A DNA stretch of 64,000 nucleotides from an uncultured Gemmatimonadales bacterium (GCA_963823035.1 CAWGKG010000005.1:183056-247055); one strand, 5' to 3'. Shown: positions 21,439 to 32,551, counted from the stretch's first letter. The notes: generated from the sequence alone by a model not told the origin. Numbers and translations: made by a program.

Positions 21439-22117
21439 ATGACGCGACGGATTCGACGACAGCGCGGAAACGGACGCGCAGCGGGTTACGAGCGTCCTCG
21501 TCGCAGGTGCGCTCCTCGCCCTTGGTGCCGGCTGCGAGCGCGAGCGCCCGCTCCCGCCGGGGTTGGGCGATCCGGTGAAGAACCACGACTTGCGCGTGAT
21601 CGCCTCCTCGGTCGCGACGTTGCCGGTCGGCGCCGATATCGATCTGAAGAGCCTACGCGGGCGCCCGGTCGTCCTCGACTTCTGGGCCTCCTGGTGCGGG
21701 CCCTGCCGCCGCACGCACGAGGGGATGGTCCAGATGGCCGAGCGCTTCGGCTCCAGCGCCGTCTTCCTGGGTGTCTCCTACCAGGACGCACCGGAGGACG
21801 CGACGCGTTGGCTGCGCGAGCACGGCACGAACTTCCCGGCGGCGGAGGACGTCGAGGGTCGACTCGCCCACACCTTCTGGGTGAACGCCATCCCACGTGT
21901 CGTGGTCCTCGGTCCGGACGGACGCCTCGTGGACGACATCCTCCCTTCGTTCGACTTTCCCGAGGACGTGGGGGCGCAGCTCGATTCGCTCCTCGCGGCT
22001 GTCCGCGGCCGAGGGCCACTCCGCCCCCTGACAGGTGGGTCGCCGGGAACGATTCCCTCGACCGCTTGTAGACTCCGGCAGCTTCTGGCGCGATTCGGGC
22101 TGCTTGGCGAGACTTAG
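21439..22117 (+). CDS. TlpA/ResA-like thiol-disulfide oxidoreductase lipoprotein (start uncertain, probable 5' frameshift)
   Basis: VVLDFWASWCGPC; lipobox LGAGC in frame upstream of 21563. Confidence 0.8.
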
Positions 22118-22165
22118 CGGCTCCGCGTCCGTCCTGTGTTCCGTCCCGTCCCGAGAGCCCACCGA

Positions 22166-22702
22166 GTGCGGTCCAAGCTCCAGATCTTCGGCGTCGTCTT
22201 TCCCCTGGTGATGGTCCTCGACCTCATCACCAAGCGATGGGCGCTCAGCACGCTCGCGACCCACCGGGGAGAGCTGCTCGGGGGACTCGTGCCCCTCACG
22301 CTCGCCTTCAACAAGGGGGCGGCGTTCGGCATCCGGCTGGGCGAGGATTCGCGCTGGTTCTTCGTGCCGGTCACCGTGATCGCCCTGGGCCTGCTCATCC
22401 TCCTCCTGCGGCAGGCCTCCTCGCGCGACTATCTGCGGATCCTGGCGATCTCGCTGGTGGTGTCGGGGGCGGTCGGCAACCTCTACGACCGCCTCCGCTG
22501 GGGACGCGGGGTCGTGGACTTCATCGGCCCGATCGACCTCGGCTTCTGGGACTTCCCGATCTTCAACGTGGCCGACATGGCCATCACCTGCGGGGCCATC
22601 CTCCTCGCGCTCTCCTTCTGGATGGAGGAGCACCAGGAAGCCGCGGCGGAGGGCCACCCCGAGGCGCCGCCGGTCGGCTCCGCCGGCGAAGCCGGCCCCT
22701 GA
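22166..22702 (+). CDS. lspA: Lipoprotein signal peptidase II
   Basis: DLITKRWA, NKGAAFG, GAVGNLYDR, VVDFI, PIFNVAD. Confidence 0.95.
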   Translation: MRSKLQIFGVVFPLVMVLDLITKRWALSTLATHRGELLGGLVPLTLAFNKGAAFGIRLGEDSRWFFVPVTVIALGLLILLLRQASSRDYLRILAISLVVSGAVGNLYDRLRWGRGVVDFIGPIDLGFWDFPIFNVADMAITCGAILLALSFWMEEHQEAAAEGHPEAPPVGSAGEAGP

Positions 22703-22712
22703 CGCCGCCGAC

Positions 22713-23948
22713 CTACTCGGGCGTTCCGGGAAGGAAGAGAAGGTACTCGATGCGGCGCCCTCGCATCCGCACGACCCTGAGGCTACCGGACTCGACCTCG
22801 ACCTGATCGCCCACCACCGGGATGCGGTTGAGGCGCCCGAAGATGAAGCCTCCCAGCGAGTCGTAGCCCTCCTCCTCGTCCTCCGTCGGCGCGAAGCCGA
22901 GCCGCTCGCTCGCCTCCCGCAGCGCCACGCCGCCCCAGACGCGAAGGCGTCCGCCGGGAAGCTCGTGGAAGTCCTCGGGCTCGTCCTGCTCGTGCTCGTC
23001 CTGGATCTCGCCGATGATCTCCTCGATGAGATCCTCGAGCGTGACCAGGCCTGCCGTCCCCCCGAACTCGTCCACCACGATGGCCATCTTGGTCCGCTGG
23101 CGTCGCATCTCGGGGATGAGGTCCTCCACCGGCTTGGAGGCGGGAGCGAACGGCACGGGACGCGTGATGCTCCGGATGTGCGTGACGCCCTCGCGGTCGG
23201 CGCGCCAGAGGTCACGCGCCAGGAGGACGCCGGCGATGTGGTCGAGGGTCTCCTCGAAGACCGGAAGCCGCAGATGCCCCCGCTCGAGCATCATGGCCTT
23301 GGCGGCGTCGACCGTCGCGTCGAGCGGCACCGCCACCATGTCGGTGCGCGGCGTCATGACCTCGCCGATCGACACCTCGTCGAGGCGGATCACGTTGGTC
23401 ATGACCTTCCATTCGGCTTCGTCGAGCGCGCCCTCGCGACGCCCGATCTCGGCGAGGACCTCGAGCTCCGCGCGGCTGATCGTGGGCACCTCGGAGGAGG
23501 GCGTCAGGATGCGGCCGATGATGCCCAACGGGACGATGACGGGCTTGGTGAAGATGATCAGCCCGCGCAGTACGTAGGCCGCCGGCTTGGCCATCTGCCT
23601 CCAGTAGATGGCGCCCAGCGTCTTGGGGACGATCTCGGAGAAGATGAGCACCGAGAAGGTGAGTCCCGCCGAGAACAGCGCCATCCAGGAGCTGCCGAAC
23701 ACCCGCGCGGCCACCGCCCCGCCCAGGGCGGCGCCCATGGTGTTCGCGATGGTGTTGAGCGTGAGGATCGCCGCGATCGGCTCGTCCACCTTCTTGCGCG
23801 CCCGCTCGAACCATGCGCCGGCCCACTCCCCTCGCTCCCGCATGAGGGCGACGTGGGAGTGGGTCACGGAGAGGAAGACCGCTTCGAGGACCGAGCAGAG
23901 GAACGACGTGGCCAGCGTGACCAGGAGGATCCACAGCAGCGTCGTCAT
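22713..23948 (-). CDS. CNNM/hemolysin-family protein (DUF21 + 2 CBS + CorC_HlyC)
   Basis: SEIVPKTLG, VMTPRTDM, AIVVDEFGGTAGLVTLEDLIEEIIGEIQDEH. Confidence 0.93.
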   Translation of the reverse strand: MTTLLWILLVTLATSFLCSVLEAVFLSVTHSHVALMRERGEWAGAWFERARKKVDEPIAAILTLNTIANTMGAALGGAVAARVFGSSWMALFSAGLTFSVLIFSEIVPKTLGAIYWRQMAKPAAYVLRGLIIFTKPVIVPLGIIGRILTPSSEVPTISRAELEVLAEIGRREGALDEAEWKVMTNVIRLDEVSIGEVMTPRTDMVAVPLDATVDAAKAMMLERGHLRLPVFEETLDHIAGVLLARDLWRADREGVTHIRSITRPVPFAPASKPVEDLIPEMRRQRTKMAIVVDEFGGTAGLVTLEDLIEEIIGEIQDEHEQDEPEDFHELPGGRLRVWGGVALREASERLGFAPTEDEEEGYDSLGGFIFGRLNRIPVVGDQVEVESGSLRVVRMRGRRIEYLLFLPGTPE

Positions 23949-24022
23949 GTTCGGCCGTTCGTCCCAGCGCCGGAGTCAGAACCGCCCGGGCGGGGTGAGC
24001 CTCGCGTCCGGGCGGTGACGGC

Positions 24023-24451
24023 TCAGCCCTCCAGGGCCGCGTCCAGCGTGATCTTCGTCGCGCTCAGCGCCTTCGACACCGGGCAGCCGACCTTGGCCTC
24101 CTCGGCGTGCTTGGCGAAGCCCGCGGCGTCGATGCCGGGGACGGTGGCACGACAGATGAGCTCGATGAGCGAGATGCCGGCACCGCCGGGCCCGACCTCG
24201 AGGTGCACCTTGGCCGTGGTGCGTACGCTCGTCGGCGTGTGGCCCGCCTTGGCGAGGATGTTGGACAGCGCCATCGAGAAACAGCCCGCGTGCGCAGCGC
24301 CGATCAGCTCCTCGGGGTTCGTGCCGGTCCCCTCCTCGAAGCGGGAGGCGAAGGAATACTGGCCTTCCACGGACCCGGTCTCCGTTCTCAGCGTTCCCGT
24401 ACCCTTCGGGAGGTCACCCTTCCACTCGGCACTCGCGGTACGAACCGGCAT
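24023..24451 (-). CDS. osmC: OsmC peroxiredoxin
   Basis: SRFEEGTGTNPEELIGAAHAGCFSMAL...CPVSKAL. Confidence 0.95.
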   Translation of the reverse strand: MPVRTASAEWKGDLPKGTGTLRTETGSVEGQYSFASRFEEGTGTNPEELIGAAHAGCFSMALSNILAKAGHTPTSVRTTAKVHLEVGPGGAGISLIELICRATVPGIDAAGFAKHAEEAKVGCPVSKALSATKITLDAALEG

Positions 24452-24713
24452 CGATCTGCGCTCCTTGGTCGTTCGTCGGAAGTCTCGGAAGTCGCGCCAC
24501 CATACCCGTCACGCCGGCCGCCGATCCCTGGCAATCTCCCGTGCGCGCGGGCCCGGGGTCAATACCGGAACGGCGTGCGAGGCGAGGACGGGAGAGCCGG
24601 TCAACACGGAGACGGGGGAAGCGTGTCCCCGAAGGTCAGTTGACGCCAAGCCCGGCGGCACGGAGGTTCACGATCCCCTCCCGAAACAGTTCTCCCTAGG
24701 AAGAGGCGGAAGC

Positions 24714-27440
24714 ATGTACCGACGTCTCGTGCGTCCTCTCCTCGCGTCCCTTCTGACCGCGGTTCTGGCATCCCCTGCCTCGGCTCAGCACAGGGTCACG
24801 ACGCCCGAGGAGCAGTTCGGCTTCCAGATCGGAGCCGACTATCATCTCATCAACTACGAGCAGCTCCACCAGTACTGGATCAAGCTGGCCAACGAATCGG
24901 ACCGCATGATCCTGGACACCATCGGCACCACGGAGGAGGGCAGACCTCAGCTCCAGGCGATCATCTCCTCTCCGGAGAACCTGCGGAACCTGGATCACTA
25001 CAAGGAGATCTCCCGCCGCCTGGCCAAGGCCGAAGGGGTCGGCGAGGCCGAGGCGCAACGCCTCGCGCAGGAGGGGAAGGCGGTCATCTGGATCGACGGG
25101 GGGCTGCACGCGACGGAGGTCCTGGGCGCGCACCAGCTCATGGAGCTGGTCTACAGGATGAACGACTACACGGATCCGGAGACGATGCGGATCCTGGACG
25201 ACGTCATCCTGCTCGCGACCCAGGTCAACCCGGACGGCCAGGCCCTGGTGTCCAACTGGTACATGCGTGAGCCCGACTCCCTCAAGCGCAGCACGTCGAA
25301 CATCCCGGTGCTCTACAACAAGTACGCCGGTCACGACAACAACCGCGACTTCTACATGTCGGCGTTGGAGGAGTCCACCAACATCAACCGCTCCCTCTAT
25401 CGGGACTGGTTCCCGCAGATCGTCTACAACCACCACCAGACAGGACCGGCGGGCGCCGTCATGTTCGCGCCCCCCTTCCGCGATCCGCCGAACCACTTCC
25501 TCGACCCGCTCATCATCACGGGGCTGGACCAGGTGGGCTCGGCCATGCATCAGCGCTTCGTCGTGGAGGGGAAGGGCGGCACCACGATGCGCTCCGGCGC
25601 CAGCTACTCCACCTGGTGGAACGGCGGCCTGCGCACCGAGCCGTACTTCCACAACATGATCGGGCTCCTGACCGAGACGATCGGGAACCCGACGCCGCTC
25701 GAGGTGCCGTTCGTGCCGCGCCAGCAGTATCCGCACGGCGACCTGCCGTTGCCGGTCGAGCCCACGAGCACGTGGCATTTCCGCCAGTCCATCGAGTACT
25801 CGGAGACGGCCAACTGGGCGGTGATGGACTACGCGTCGCGCAACAAGGACCATCTGCTCTACAACATCTGGCGGATGGGGATGAACGCCATCGAGCGGGG
25901 CAGCGAGGACTACTGGACGGTCAAGCCGAGCGAGATCGACCACGCCGCCGAGGAGGTGCAGCGGGGCGATCACGACGACTACGTGCGTCTGCTCGAGAAC
26001 CCCGCCGACCGCGATCCCAGGGGCTTCATCATCCCGTCGGACCAGCGCGACTTCCTCACGGCCACGAAGTTCGTGAACACGCTGCTCAAGAACGGGATCG
26101 ACGTGGACCGGGCCACCGCCGCCTTCACGGTGGCAGGAAAGCAGTACCCCGCCGGCTCCTACGTGGTGAAGAGCGACCAGGCCTTCCGGCCGCACGTTCT
26201 CGACATGTTCGAGAAGCAGGACCACCCCAACGACTTCGCCTATCCCGGTGGGCCGCCCATCCCGCCCTACGACGCCACCGGCTGGACGCTGGCCTGGCAG
26301 ATGGGCGTGGACTTCGACCGCATCCTGGACGGATTCGACGGTCCCTTCCAGCGCGTGACCGACGACCTCGTGTCGCCGCCCCCCGGGCGGATCGCCGGGG
26401 CCTCGAACGCGAAGGGGTACCTGGTCGCCCACATCAACGACGCCTTCACGGCGGTGAACCGCGTGCTCAAGGCCGGCGGCAAGGCGTACTGGTACACGCA
26501 GCCGCTGCGCGCCGGTGACGCCTCCTTCGCGTCGGGTGCCTTCTACCTCGAGACGGACCGCGCCACGGTGCAGAAGCTCGCGCAGGACAAAGGGCTGAGT
26601 TTCGTGGGCGTGTCGTCCAAGCCTGCGGGCAACACCATGGAGCTGAAGCCCGTGAAGGTGGGCCTCGCGGACGTGTACGGCGGCTCCATGCCGTCCGGTT
26701 GGATGCGGATGCTCCTCGAGGACTTCGAGTTCGATTTCGACGTGCTCTACCCGCCGCAGCTCGACAACGCGGACCTCTCGGCGTACGACGTCCTCCTCTT
26801 CGAGGACGGCCTGATCCCGGGCAGCGACGGAGGCGGCCGGTTCCGCGGCGGCTTCGGCGGCAGGGAGCTCGACCCCTCGACGATCCCGCCGGAGTACCGC
26901 GACCGGATCGGACGGATCACCGTGTCGGAGACCGTCCCCCGCATCCTCGACTACGCCAGGCAGGGCGGGGCGGTCATCGCCGTGGGCTCCTCGTCCAACC
27001 TCGCGCTCAACGCCGGACTGCCGATTTCGGACCACATGGTCAAGGACGGCAAGCCGCTGAGCATGGAGGAGTACTTCATCCCGGGCACGCTCATCGACAT
27101 GAAGATCGAGCACATCAGCCCGCTCGCGGACGGGATGGGCGAGTATGCCCCGGTCATGTTCAGCCGGAGCCCGACGTTCACCCTCGAGCCCGACGCGGCC
27201 GAGCACGGCGTGCGTGCCATCGGCTGGTACGACAAGGACAAGCCGCTGCGCAGCGGGTGGGCGTGGGGGCAGGAGTACCTGAAGGACGGCGTGGGCGCGA
27301 TCGAGGCGGACCTCGGGGAGGGCAAGCTCTTCCTCTTCGGACCGGAGCTTACGTTCCGCTCGCAGCCGCACGGGATGTTCCCGCTCATCTTCAACGGCAT
27401 CTACTACGGGCCGGCGAAGGGGCGGCCGGTCATGAACTGA
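24714..27440 (+). CDS. Secreted M14-family zinc carboxypeptidase
   Basis: Signal peptide MYRRLVRPLLASLLTAVLASPASA; GGLHATE, NPDG, HDNNRD, NHHQ. The true start is internal to track ORF 22965..27440. Confidence 0.9.
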   Translation: MYRRLVRPLLASLLTAVLASPASAQHRVTTPEEQFGFQIGADYHLINYEQLHQYWIKLANESDRMILDTIGTTEEGRPQLQAIISSPENLRNLDHYKEISRRLAKAEGVGEAEAQRLAQEGKAVIWIDGGLHATEVLGAHQLMELVYRMNDYTDPETMRILDDVILLATQVNPDGQALVSNWYMREPDSLKRSTSNIPVLYNKYAGHDNNRDFYMSALEESTNINRSLYRDWFPQIVYNHHQTGPAGAVMFAPPFRDPPNHFLDPLIITGLDQVGSAMHQRFVVEGKGGTTMRSGASYSTWWNGGLRTEPYFHNMIGLLTETIGNPTPLEVPFVPRQQYPHGDLPLPVEPTSTWHFRQSIEYSETANWAVMDYASRNKDHLLYNIWRMGMNAIERGSEDYWTVKPSEIDHAAEEVQRGDHDDYVRLLENPADRDPRGFIIPSDQRDFLTATKFVNTLLKNGIDVDRATAAFTVAGKQYPAGSYVVKSDQAFRPHVLDMFEKQDHPNDFAYPGGPPIPPYDATGWTLAWQMGVDFDRILDGFDGPFQRVTDDLVSPPPGRIAGASNAKGYLVAHINDAFTAVNRVLKAGGKAYWYTQPLRAGDASFASGAFYLETDRATVQKLAQDKGLSFVGVSSKPAGNTMELKPVKVGLADVYGGSMPSGWMRMLLEDFEFDFDVLYPPQLDNADLSAYDVLLFEDGLIPGSDGGGRFRGGFGGRELDPSTIPPEYRDRIGRITVSETVPRILDYARQGGAVIAVGSSSNLALNAGLPISDHMVKDGKPLSMEEYFIPGTLIDMKIEHISPLADGMGEYAPVMFSRSPTFTLEPDAAEHGVRAIGWYDKDKPLRSGWAWGQEYLKDGVGAIEADLGEGKLFLFGPELTFRSQPHGMFPLIFNGIYYGPAKGRPVMN

Positions 27441-27474
27441 GCGGGGAGGCCCGGCGGCACCACGGGCCACCGAG

Positions 27475-27518
27475 CGAGAAGGGGCGTCCCGGCTTCCGGC
27501 CGGGGCGCCCCTTCTCTC
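27475..27518. terminator. Bidirectional terminator-like hairpin
   Basis: GAGAAGGGGCGTCCCGGC...GCCGGGGCGCCCCTTCTC between convergent genes. Confidence 0.6.
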
Positions 27519-27541
27519 ATCCTGCCCTCGAGGGATCCACG

Positions 27542-28294
27542 TCAGGTGGGCTGGTCGGTCGGGCGCAGGAGGATCTCGTTCACGTTCACGTGGGGTGGGC
27601 TCGTCAGGGCGAAGACCACGGCGCGCGCGACGTCTTCGGGTTGGAGCGAGCGGCGCCCCTCCCAGTTGGACTGGAAGGCCTCGCGGCGCCCGGGGTCGGG
27701 GATGTGATCGCTGAGCTCCGTGTCCACGACGCCCGGCTGGATGTCCGTCACGCGGATGCCGTGCGCGGCGGAGAGCTCGAGCTGCAGCCCCCACGAGAGC
27801 GAGCGGACCGCGAACTTGGTCGCCGAATAGACCGAGCCCCCCGGGAAGGGGCGGCGCCCGGCCACGGAGCCGATGTTCACGATGTGCCCCGAGCCCCGGT
27901 CGAGCATCGTCGGCAGGACGGCCGCGACCCCGAACAGCACACCCTTCACGTTCACGTCCACCATCCGCTCCCAGTCGTCCACGCGCAGCGCCTGGACGGG
28001 CGACAGCGGCATCACGCCCGCATTGTTCACGAGCGCGTCGATCCGCCCGAAGCGCTCGAGCGCGAGGGCGGCGAGGGCTTCCACCTCCTGGCGCACGGTC
28101 ACGTCCGTCACGCAGGCCTCGGCACTCCCCCCGCGTTCGCGGATCGCGCCCACGACCGCCTCCAGGCGATCCGCGCGGCGAGCTCCGAGCACGACGGCCC
28201 ATCCCACCTGCGCGAGAGCGGCGGCCACCGCCGCCCCGATTCCGCTCGAGGCGCCCGTGACGATCGCGACGGACCGATCCGCTTCGACCGACAT
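27542..28294 (-). CDS. SDR-family NAD(P)-dependent oxidoreductase
   Basis: TGASSGIG, NNAG, YSATK. Confidence 0.95.
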   Translation of the reverse strand: MSVEADRSVAIVTGASSGIGAAVAAALAQVGWAVVLGARRADRLEAVVGAIRERGGSAEACVTDVTVRQEVEALAALALERFGRIDALVNNAGVMPLSPVQALRVDDWERMVDVNVKGVLFGVAAVLPTMLDRGSGHIVNIGSVAGRRPFPGGSVYSATKFAVRSLSWGLQLELSAAHGIRVTDIQPGVVDTELSDHIPDPGRREAFQSNWEGRRSLQPEDVARAVVFALTSPPHVNVNEILLRPTDQPT

Positions 28295-28296
28295 CG

Positions 28297-29590
28297 TCAG
28301 CTCGCCACCGCGAGGCCCGCCTGCGACAGGAGGATGAGCAAGGCCCGCTTGATGCCGAGCGTGCCGTTTTCGTTGAGGAACCACTCGTGCAGGGAGTGGG
28401 CACCACCCGCCACACCGCCCCCGCCGATCGTGATGGCGGGAATCCCCTTCGAGATGGGGATGTTGGCGTCGGTGGAGCTGCGGCCCAGGCGCGGCTGGAT
28501 GCCGAGCATGCGGGTCACCGCCACGGCGCGCTGAACGATGGGCGCGTCCTCCGCGACCTCACCCGAGGGGCGGTCGCCGATGAGCACGAGCTCGACGGTG
28601 AGTGCGTCCCCGCGGCGACGCTCGGCGTTCTCCTCCTCGACCGCCCGCTCCACGGACGCATGGAGCGCCGCTGTCGATCCGCTCCAGGCTGGCCGGGCTC
28701 TCCGAGCGCATGTCCACGTCCATCCAGGCTTCGAACGGGATGGAATTCACGGACGTCCCGCCGCCGATCACGCCGACGTTGTAGCTCGTGCGAGGGCCGG
28801 AGCGGGTGAGGGAGTCGCCCACCTCGTCGAAGTAGTGCATGGCGCGGCCGAGCGCGTGGGCCGGGTTGGCGAGGCCGAACGCGCCCCACGAGTGGCCGCC
28901 CGGGCCCCGCACGACGACGTGGTAGCGGTGCGAGCCGAGCCCCTGGTGGGTGATGCCCTCGTGACCGGTGCCGTCGATGGAGATGAAGCTCTCGATGCGC
29001 GGGCCGCCCTCGCCGAAGAGGTGCTTCATGCCGCGCAGGTCGCCCTGGCCCTCTTCGCCCACGTCGCCGACGAAGAGGATGTCGGCGTCGGTGCGCACGT
29101 CGGCGGCGTTCATCGCCCGTACCAGGGCGAGCACGGTGGCCAGTCCCCGCGTATCGTCACCAACCCCCGGCGCGTACAGCGTGTCACCCTTCATCTGCAG
29201 GGTTACGTCCGTTCCCTCCGGGAAGACGGTGTCGAGGTGTCCGGCGATGGCGACCGTCTCCCCCGAGCCCGTGCCCCGGCGCAACCCGATCACGTTGCCG
29301 ACCTCGTCCACCCACGCCGTGTCGACGCCGGCCTCGCGCAGGAGCGCGAGGAAGCGGCGACCGCGCACCTCCTCTCCGTAGGGAGGAGCCGGGATCTGCG
29401 TGAGCTCCCGCAGGTCCGCCATCGTGCGCGTGTCGGACTCGTCGATCGCGTTCATGGCCCGCTCGACGGAGGGGTGCGCGGCGAGGCGCTTCGCCGCCTC
29501 GTCGTAGGTCGCGTTCTGGGCGAGGAGACCTCCCGCGGGGGCGAGGAGCAGGCCGAGTGCGAGGGCGGTCGGGCGAACGGTCGGGCGCAT
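28297..29590 (-). CDS. Secreted M20/M25/M40 metallopeptidase (frameshift ~28665)
   Basis: Signal peptide; GHLDTVF, PGVGDD, GEEG, GGHSWG, SSTDAN, AHSLHEW. Confidence 0.9.
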
Positions 29591-29792
29591 GGGATCTCCA
29601 CCCTGAGGGCGTGTTCCGGGTCGATGGACTCGCGTTCCCGTCGGCGGCACGGGCCGCTCGGGGTGGCACCGTCCGCCGCGGAGGAACGCGGGGGGAGGAG
29701 CGACGGTAATCGGGGGCCGGCGCCCGGACAATGCCCTCACCGTTCGTGTGGCCTCAGGTGGTTGATTTTTCGCCGATCTTCCGTGAAGGTTC

Positions 29793-30670
29793 GTGGCTTT
29801 GTACCAACCCGCGGGGCCCCGTGACCGGGGCACCCACCCGGACCCCGACACGCTTGAGCCGCCCCGCATCCATGGCCCTGTCACTGCCCCGACCCGCTGG
29901 CGCGTTGGTTCGCGGGCCTGGGGCGGCGCGCCGAGGACACGCTCAGGCACGCCGGGGCGATGGGATCGCTCTCCTGGCAGATCCTGCTGAGCATCGTGCG
30001 GCTGCAGGTCTCCTTCCGGGAGGTGGTCCAGCAGCTCTACATGATGGGCATCCAGAGCCTGCCCATCGTGCTCGTCACGGGGTCGTTGGCCGGGATCGTG
30101 ACCAGCCAGCAGGGCGGGTACCAGTTCACGGGGTCCGTGCCGCTCTACGTGCTCGGCAGCCTGGTGGTCGAGACCGTCGTGTTGGAGATGGGTCCCGTGC
30201 TCACCGCCATCGTCCTGGTCGGCCGCGTCGGAGCCCGCATCACGGCAGAGCTCGGCACGATGGTGGTCTCGGAGCAGATCGACGCCTACCACTCGCTGGG
30301 GCGCGACCCCATCGCGCTGCTGGCGGCCCCGAGGGTGCTCGCGGGCATCATCGTCATGCCGCTCCTGGTCGGCTTCGCCGATCTGATCGGCATCGTCGCC
30401 GGACAGATCGCCGCCAACTGGCAGGTGGGGCTGAGCTACGAGTCCTTCTACTACGGCGCGCGCCTGTTCTGGCACTCGTGGGACCTGCTGTACTCCTTGA
30501 CGAAGGCGCTCGTCTTCGGCCTGGCGATCCCCCTCATCTCGGTGCACATGGGACTCCATACCAAGGGGGGCGCGGAGGGGGTGGGGCGGACCACGACCCA
30601 GGCCGTGATGTTCATGACGCTGACGATCCTGATCCTGGACGCTCTCTTCCCGCCACTGATGCTGCAATGA
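29793..30670 (+). CDS. mlaE: MlaE-family ABC permease (probable frameshift ~29890)
   Basis: EMGPVLTAIVLVGRVGARITAELGTMVVSEQIDA; GGAEGVGRTTT. Confidence 0.92.
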
Positions 30671-30683
30671 GGGGGAGGACGCG

Positions 30684-31457
30684 ATGATCCGGTACCGGAA
30701 CGTGCACAAGGCGTTCGACGCCCCGGTGCTCTCGGGCGTGGACATGGAGGTCGAGACGGGGGAGATGTTCGCCCTCTTCGGACCCTCCGGCACGGGCAAG
30801 AGCGTCCTCCTGAAGACGACGATCGCGCTCATCCGTCCCGACCGCGGAGACGTCGAAGTGAACGGCGAATCGGTGTTCTTCGGAGGGAGGAGCGCCTTGG
30901 ACGCCGTTCTCCACGACGTGGGGTACGTGTTCCAGAACGCGGCGCTCTTCGACTCGCTCAACGTGTTCGACAACGTCGAGATGGGGATCCCGGAGGATCG
31001 CCTCAAGGCGATGCGACGTCCCGAGACGGCGATCGCGGTCTGGCGCGCGCTCGAGCTCGTGAACCTCGATCCTCACGAAGTGCTGGAGAAGCTCCCCTCC
31101 GAGCTGTCGGGAGGAATGAAGAAGCGCGTGGGGATCGCTCGCGCGATCGTGGGCAAGCCGAGCGTGCTGCTGTGGGACGAGCCCACGACAGGGCTCGACC
31201 CGATCAACACGGCAGCGGTGGAGCGGCTGATCACGCGCCTGTCGCACGACCTGGAGGTGACCTCGCTCCTCGTGACGCACGACGTGGAGGGCGGTCTGGA
31301 CATCTGCCACCGCGTGGCCATGCTCGACTCCGGCCGGATCCGTTTCTGCGGTACGCCGACCGAGTTCCGGAAGTCGAACGACCACGTCGTTCAGGCGTTC
31401 ATCGACCGCGCGGCCGCCGAGGCGGCACTCGACATGGTTTCGGAGACCTATGACTGA
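30684..31457 (+). CDS. mlaF: MlaF-family ABC ATPase
   Basis: GPSGTGKS, LSGGMKKRV, DEPTTGLDP. Confidence 0.93.
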   Translation: MIRYRNVHKAFDAPVLSGVDMEVETGEMFALFGPSGTGKSVLLKTTIALIRPDRGDVEVNGESVFFGGRSALDAVLHDVGYVFQNAALFDSLNVFDNVEMGIPEDRLKAMRRPETAIAVWRALELVNLDPHEVLEKLPSELSGGMKKRVGIARAIVGKPSVLLWDEPTTGLDPINTAAVERLITRLSHDLEVTSLLVTHDVEGGLDICHRVAMLDSGRIRFCGTPTEFRKSNDHVVQAFIDRAAAEAALDMVSETYD

Positions 31458-32400
31458 CATGCCGAAGGGGGAGCGGCGCCGTCGCCCCACCGACGAGGAG
31501 ATCCTGAAGGCCGTGCCTGCGATCGCGGGGGGCCGCGAGGTGCGCGTGGGCATCTTCGTCCTGCTCGGGTTGCTCTCGGTCGTGGTGGCCCTCTTCCTGC
31601 TCACCGATCCCGCGACGCTGCGTGGCCGATACATGCTGGTGACCCTGGTGGACAACGCCGGCGGCGTTCGCCGCGGCGACCCGATCCAGATGCGCGGTGT
31701 GAACGTCGGGCGCGTCCACGGCTTCGAGATGCAGCCCGACGAGCGCGTGGCGATCACGATGGAGATGGATGGTGAGTGGAAGATCCCCGCCGACTCCCGC
31801 ACCGTGATGGGGGCAAGCGGGATCTTCGGTGGACGCACCCTGGAGATCGAGCCGGGCTCGTCGCGGGAGGCGCTCCAGTCGGGGGATACGCTCCCCGGTG
31901 GCGTGGGCGCCAGCTCGGGACTCCTCGGCAACGTGGACGAGCTGGGCGACAAGGCGAACAGCGTGCTCGGTCGCATCCAGACGCTGCTCGACAGCGGAAC
32001 GGTGTCCTCCGTCCAGACGAGTGCGACCGAGCTGGAGTCCCTGCTGGGCCAGCTCTCGACCATGACGCGGGAACAGCGCACCACGCTCTCGCGCCTGACG
32101 CAGAGCATGGCCAGCACGGCCGAGGAGATGGAGGGGGCCGGCCCGGATGCCCGCAGGGCGATCGCGCGCGCCGACTCGGCCATGGCGGTGCTCTCGGAGA
32201 CGGGCGCCTCCCTGGACCGCGCCGCCGCGTCGTTGCGCACGCTCCTGGACCGCATCGAGCGCGGTGAGGGCACGCTCGGACGGCTCTCCTCCGACGACGC
32301 CCTCTACGTGAACATGAACCGCGCCGCGGAGAGCATCGCGGCGCTGGTCGACGACATCCGCGCGAATCCGAGCCGGTACATCAACCTCAGCATCTTCTGA
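31450..32400 (+). CDS. mlaD: MlaD/MCE-domain protein
   Basis: Single TM; AGGVRRGDPIQMRGVNVGRV; GEGTLGRL; DIRANPSRY. Confidence 0.92.
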   Translation: MTDMPKGERRRRPTDEEILKAVPAIAGGREVRVGIFVLLGLLSVVVALFLLTDPATLRGRYMLVTLVDNAGGVRRGDPIQMRGVNVGRVHGFEMQPDERVAITMEMDGEWKIPADSRTVMGASGIFGGRTLEIEPGSSREALQSGDTLPGGVGASSGLLGNVDELGDKANSVLGRIQTLLDSGTVSSVQTSATELESLLGQLSTMTREQRTTLSRLTQSMASTAEEMEGAGPDARRAIARADSAMAVLSETGASLDRAAASLRTLLDRIERGEGTLGRLSSDDALYVNMNRAAESIAALVDDIRANPSRYINLSIF

Positions 32401-32536
32401 GGTCCTCGCGGGCGGCCTGGCGGTCCGGGCTGCTTGGCGAGGGGTGTCCTCCCTCGGGGACGGGGGTGTACCGTCCCTGGGACCCTCGATCCGGCGCACG
32501 TGTAGCAAACACAGGGCTTCTCGGCGTGTCGGCGCC

Positions 32537-32551
32537 TGGCATGGCCTTTGC
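32537..32551 (+). promoter_or_regulatory. Putative sigma54 (-24/-12) promoter
   Basis: TGGCATGGCCTTTGC, GG-N10-GC spacing, 63 nt before the ATG at 32615. Confidence 0.65.

Noticed and set aside
22965..24713. 1491-aa track ORF suggesting a giant fusion protein
   Set aside because: The first ~580 aa are the antisense shadow of the CNNM and osmC genes. The real M14 gene starts at 24714 with a signal peptide.
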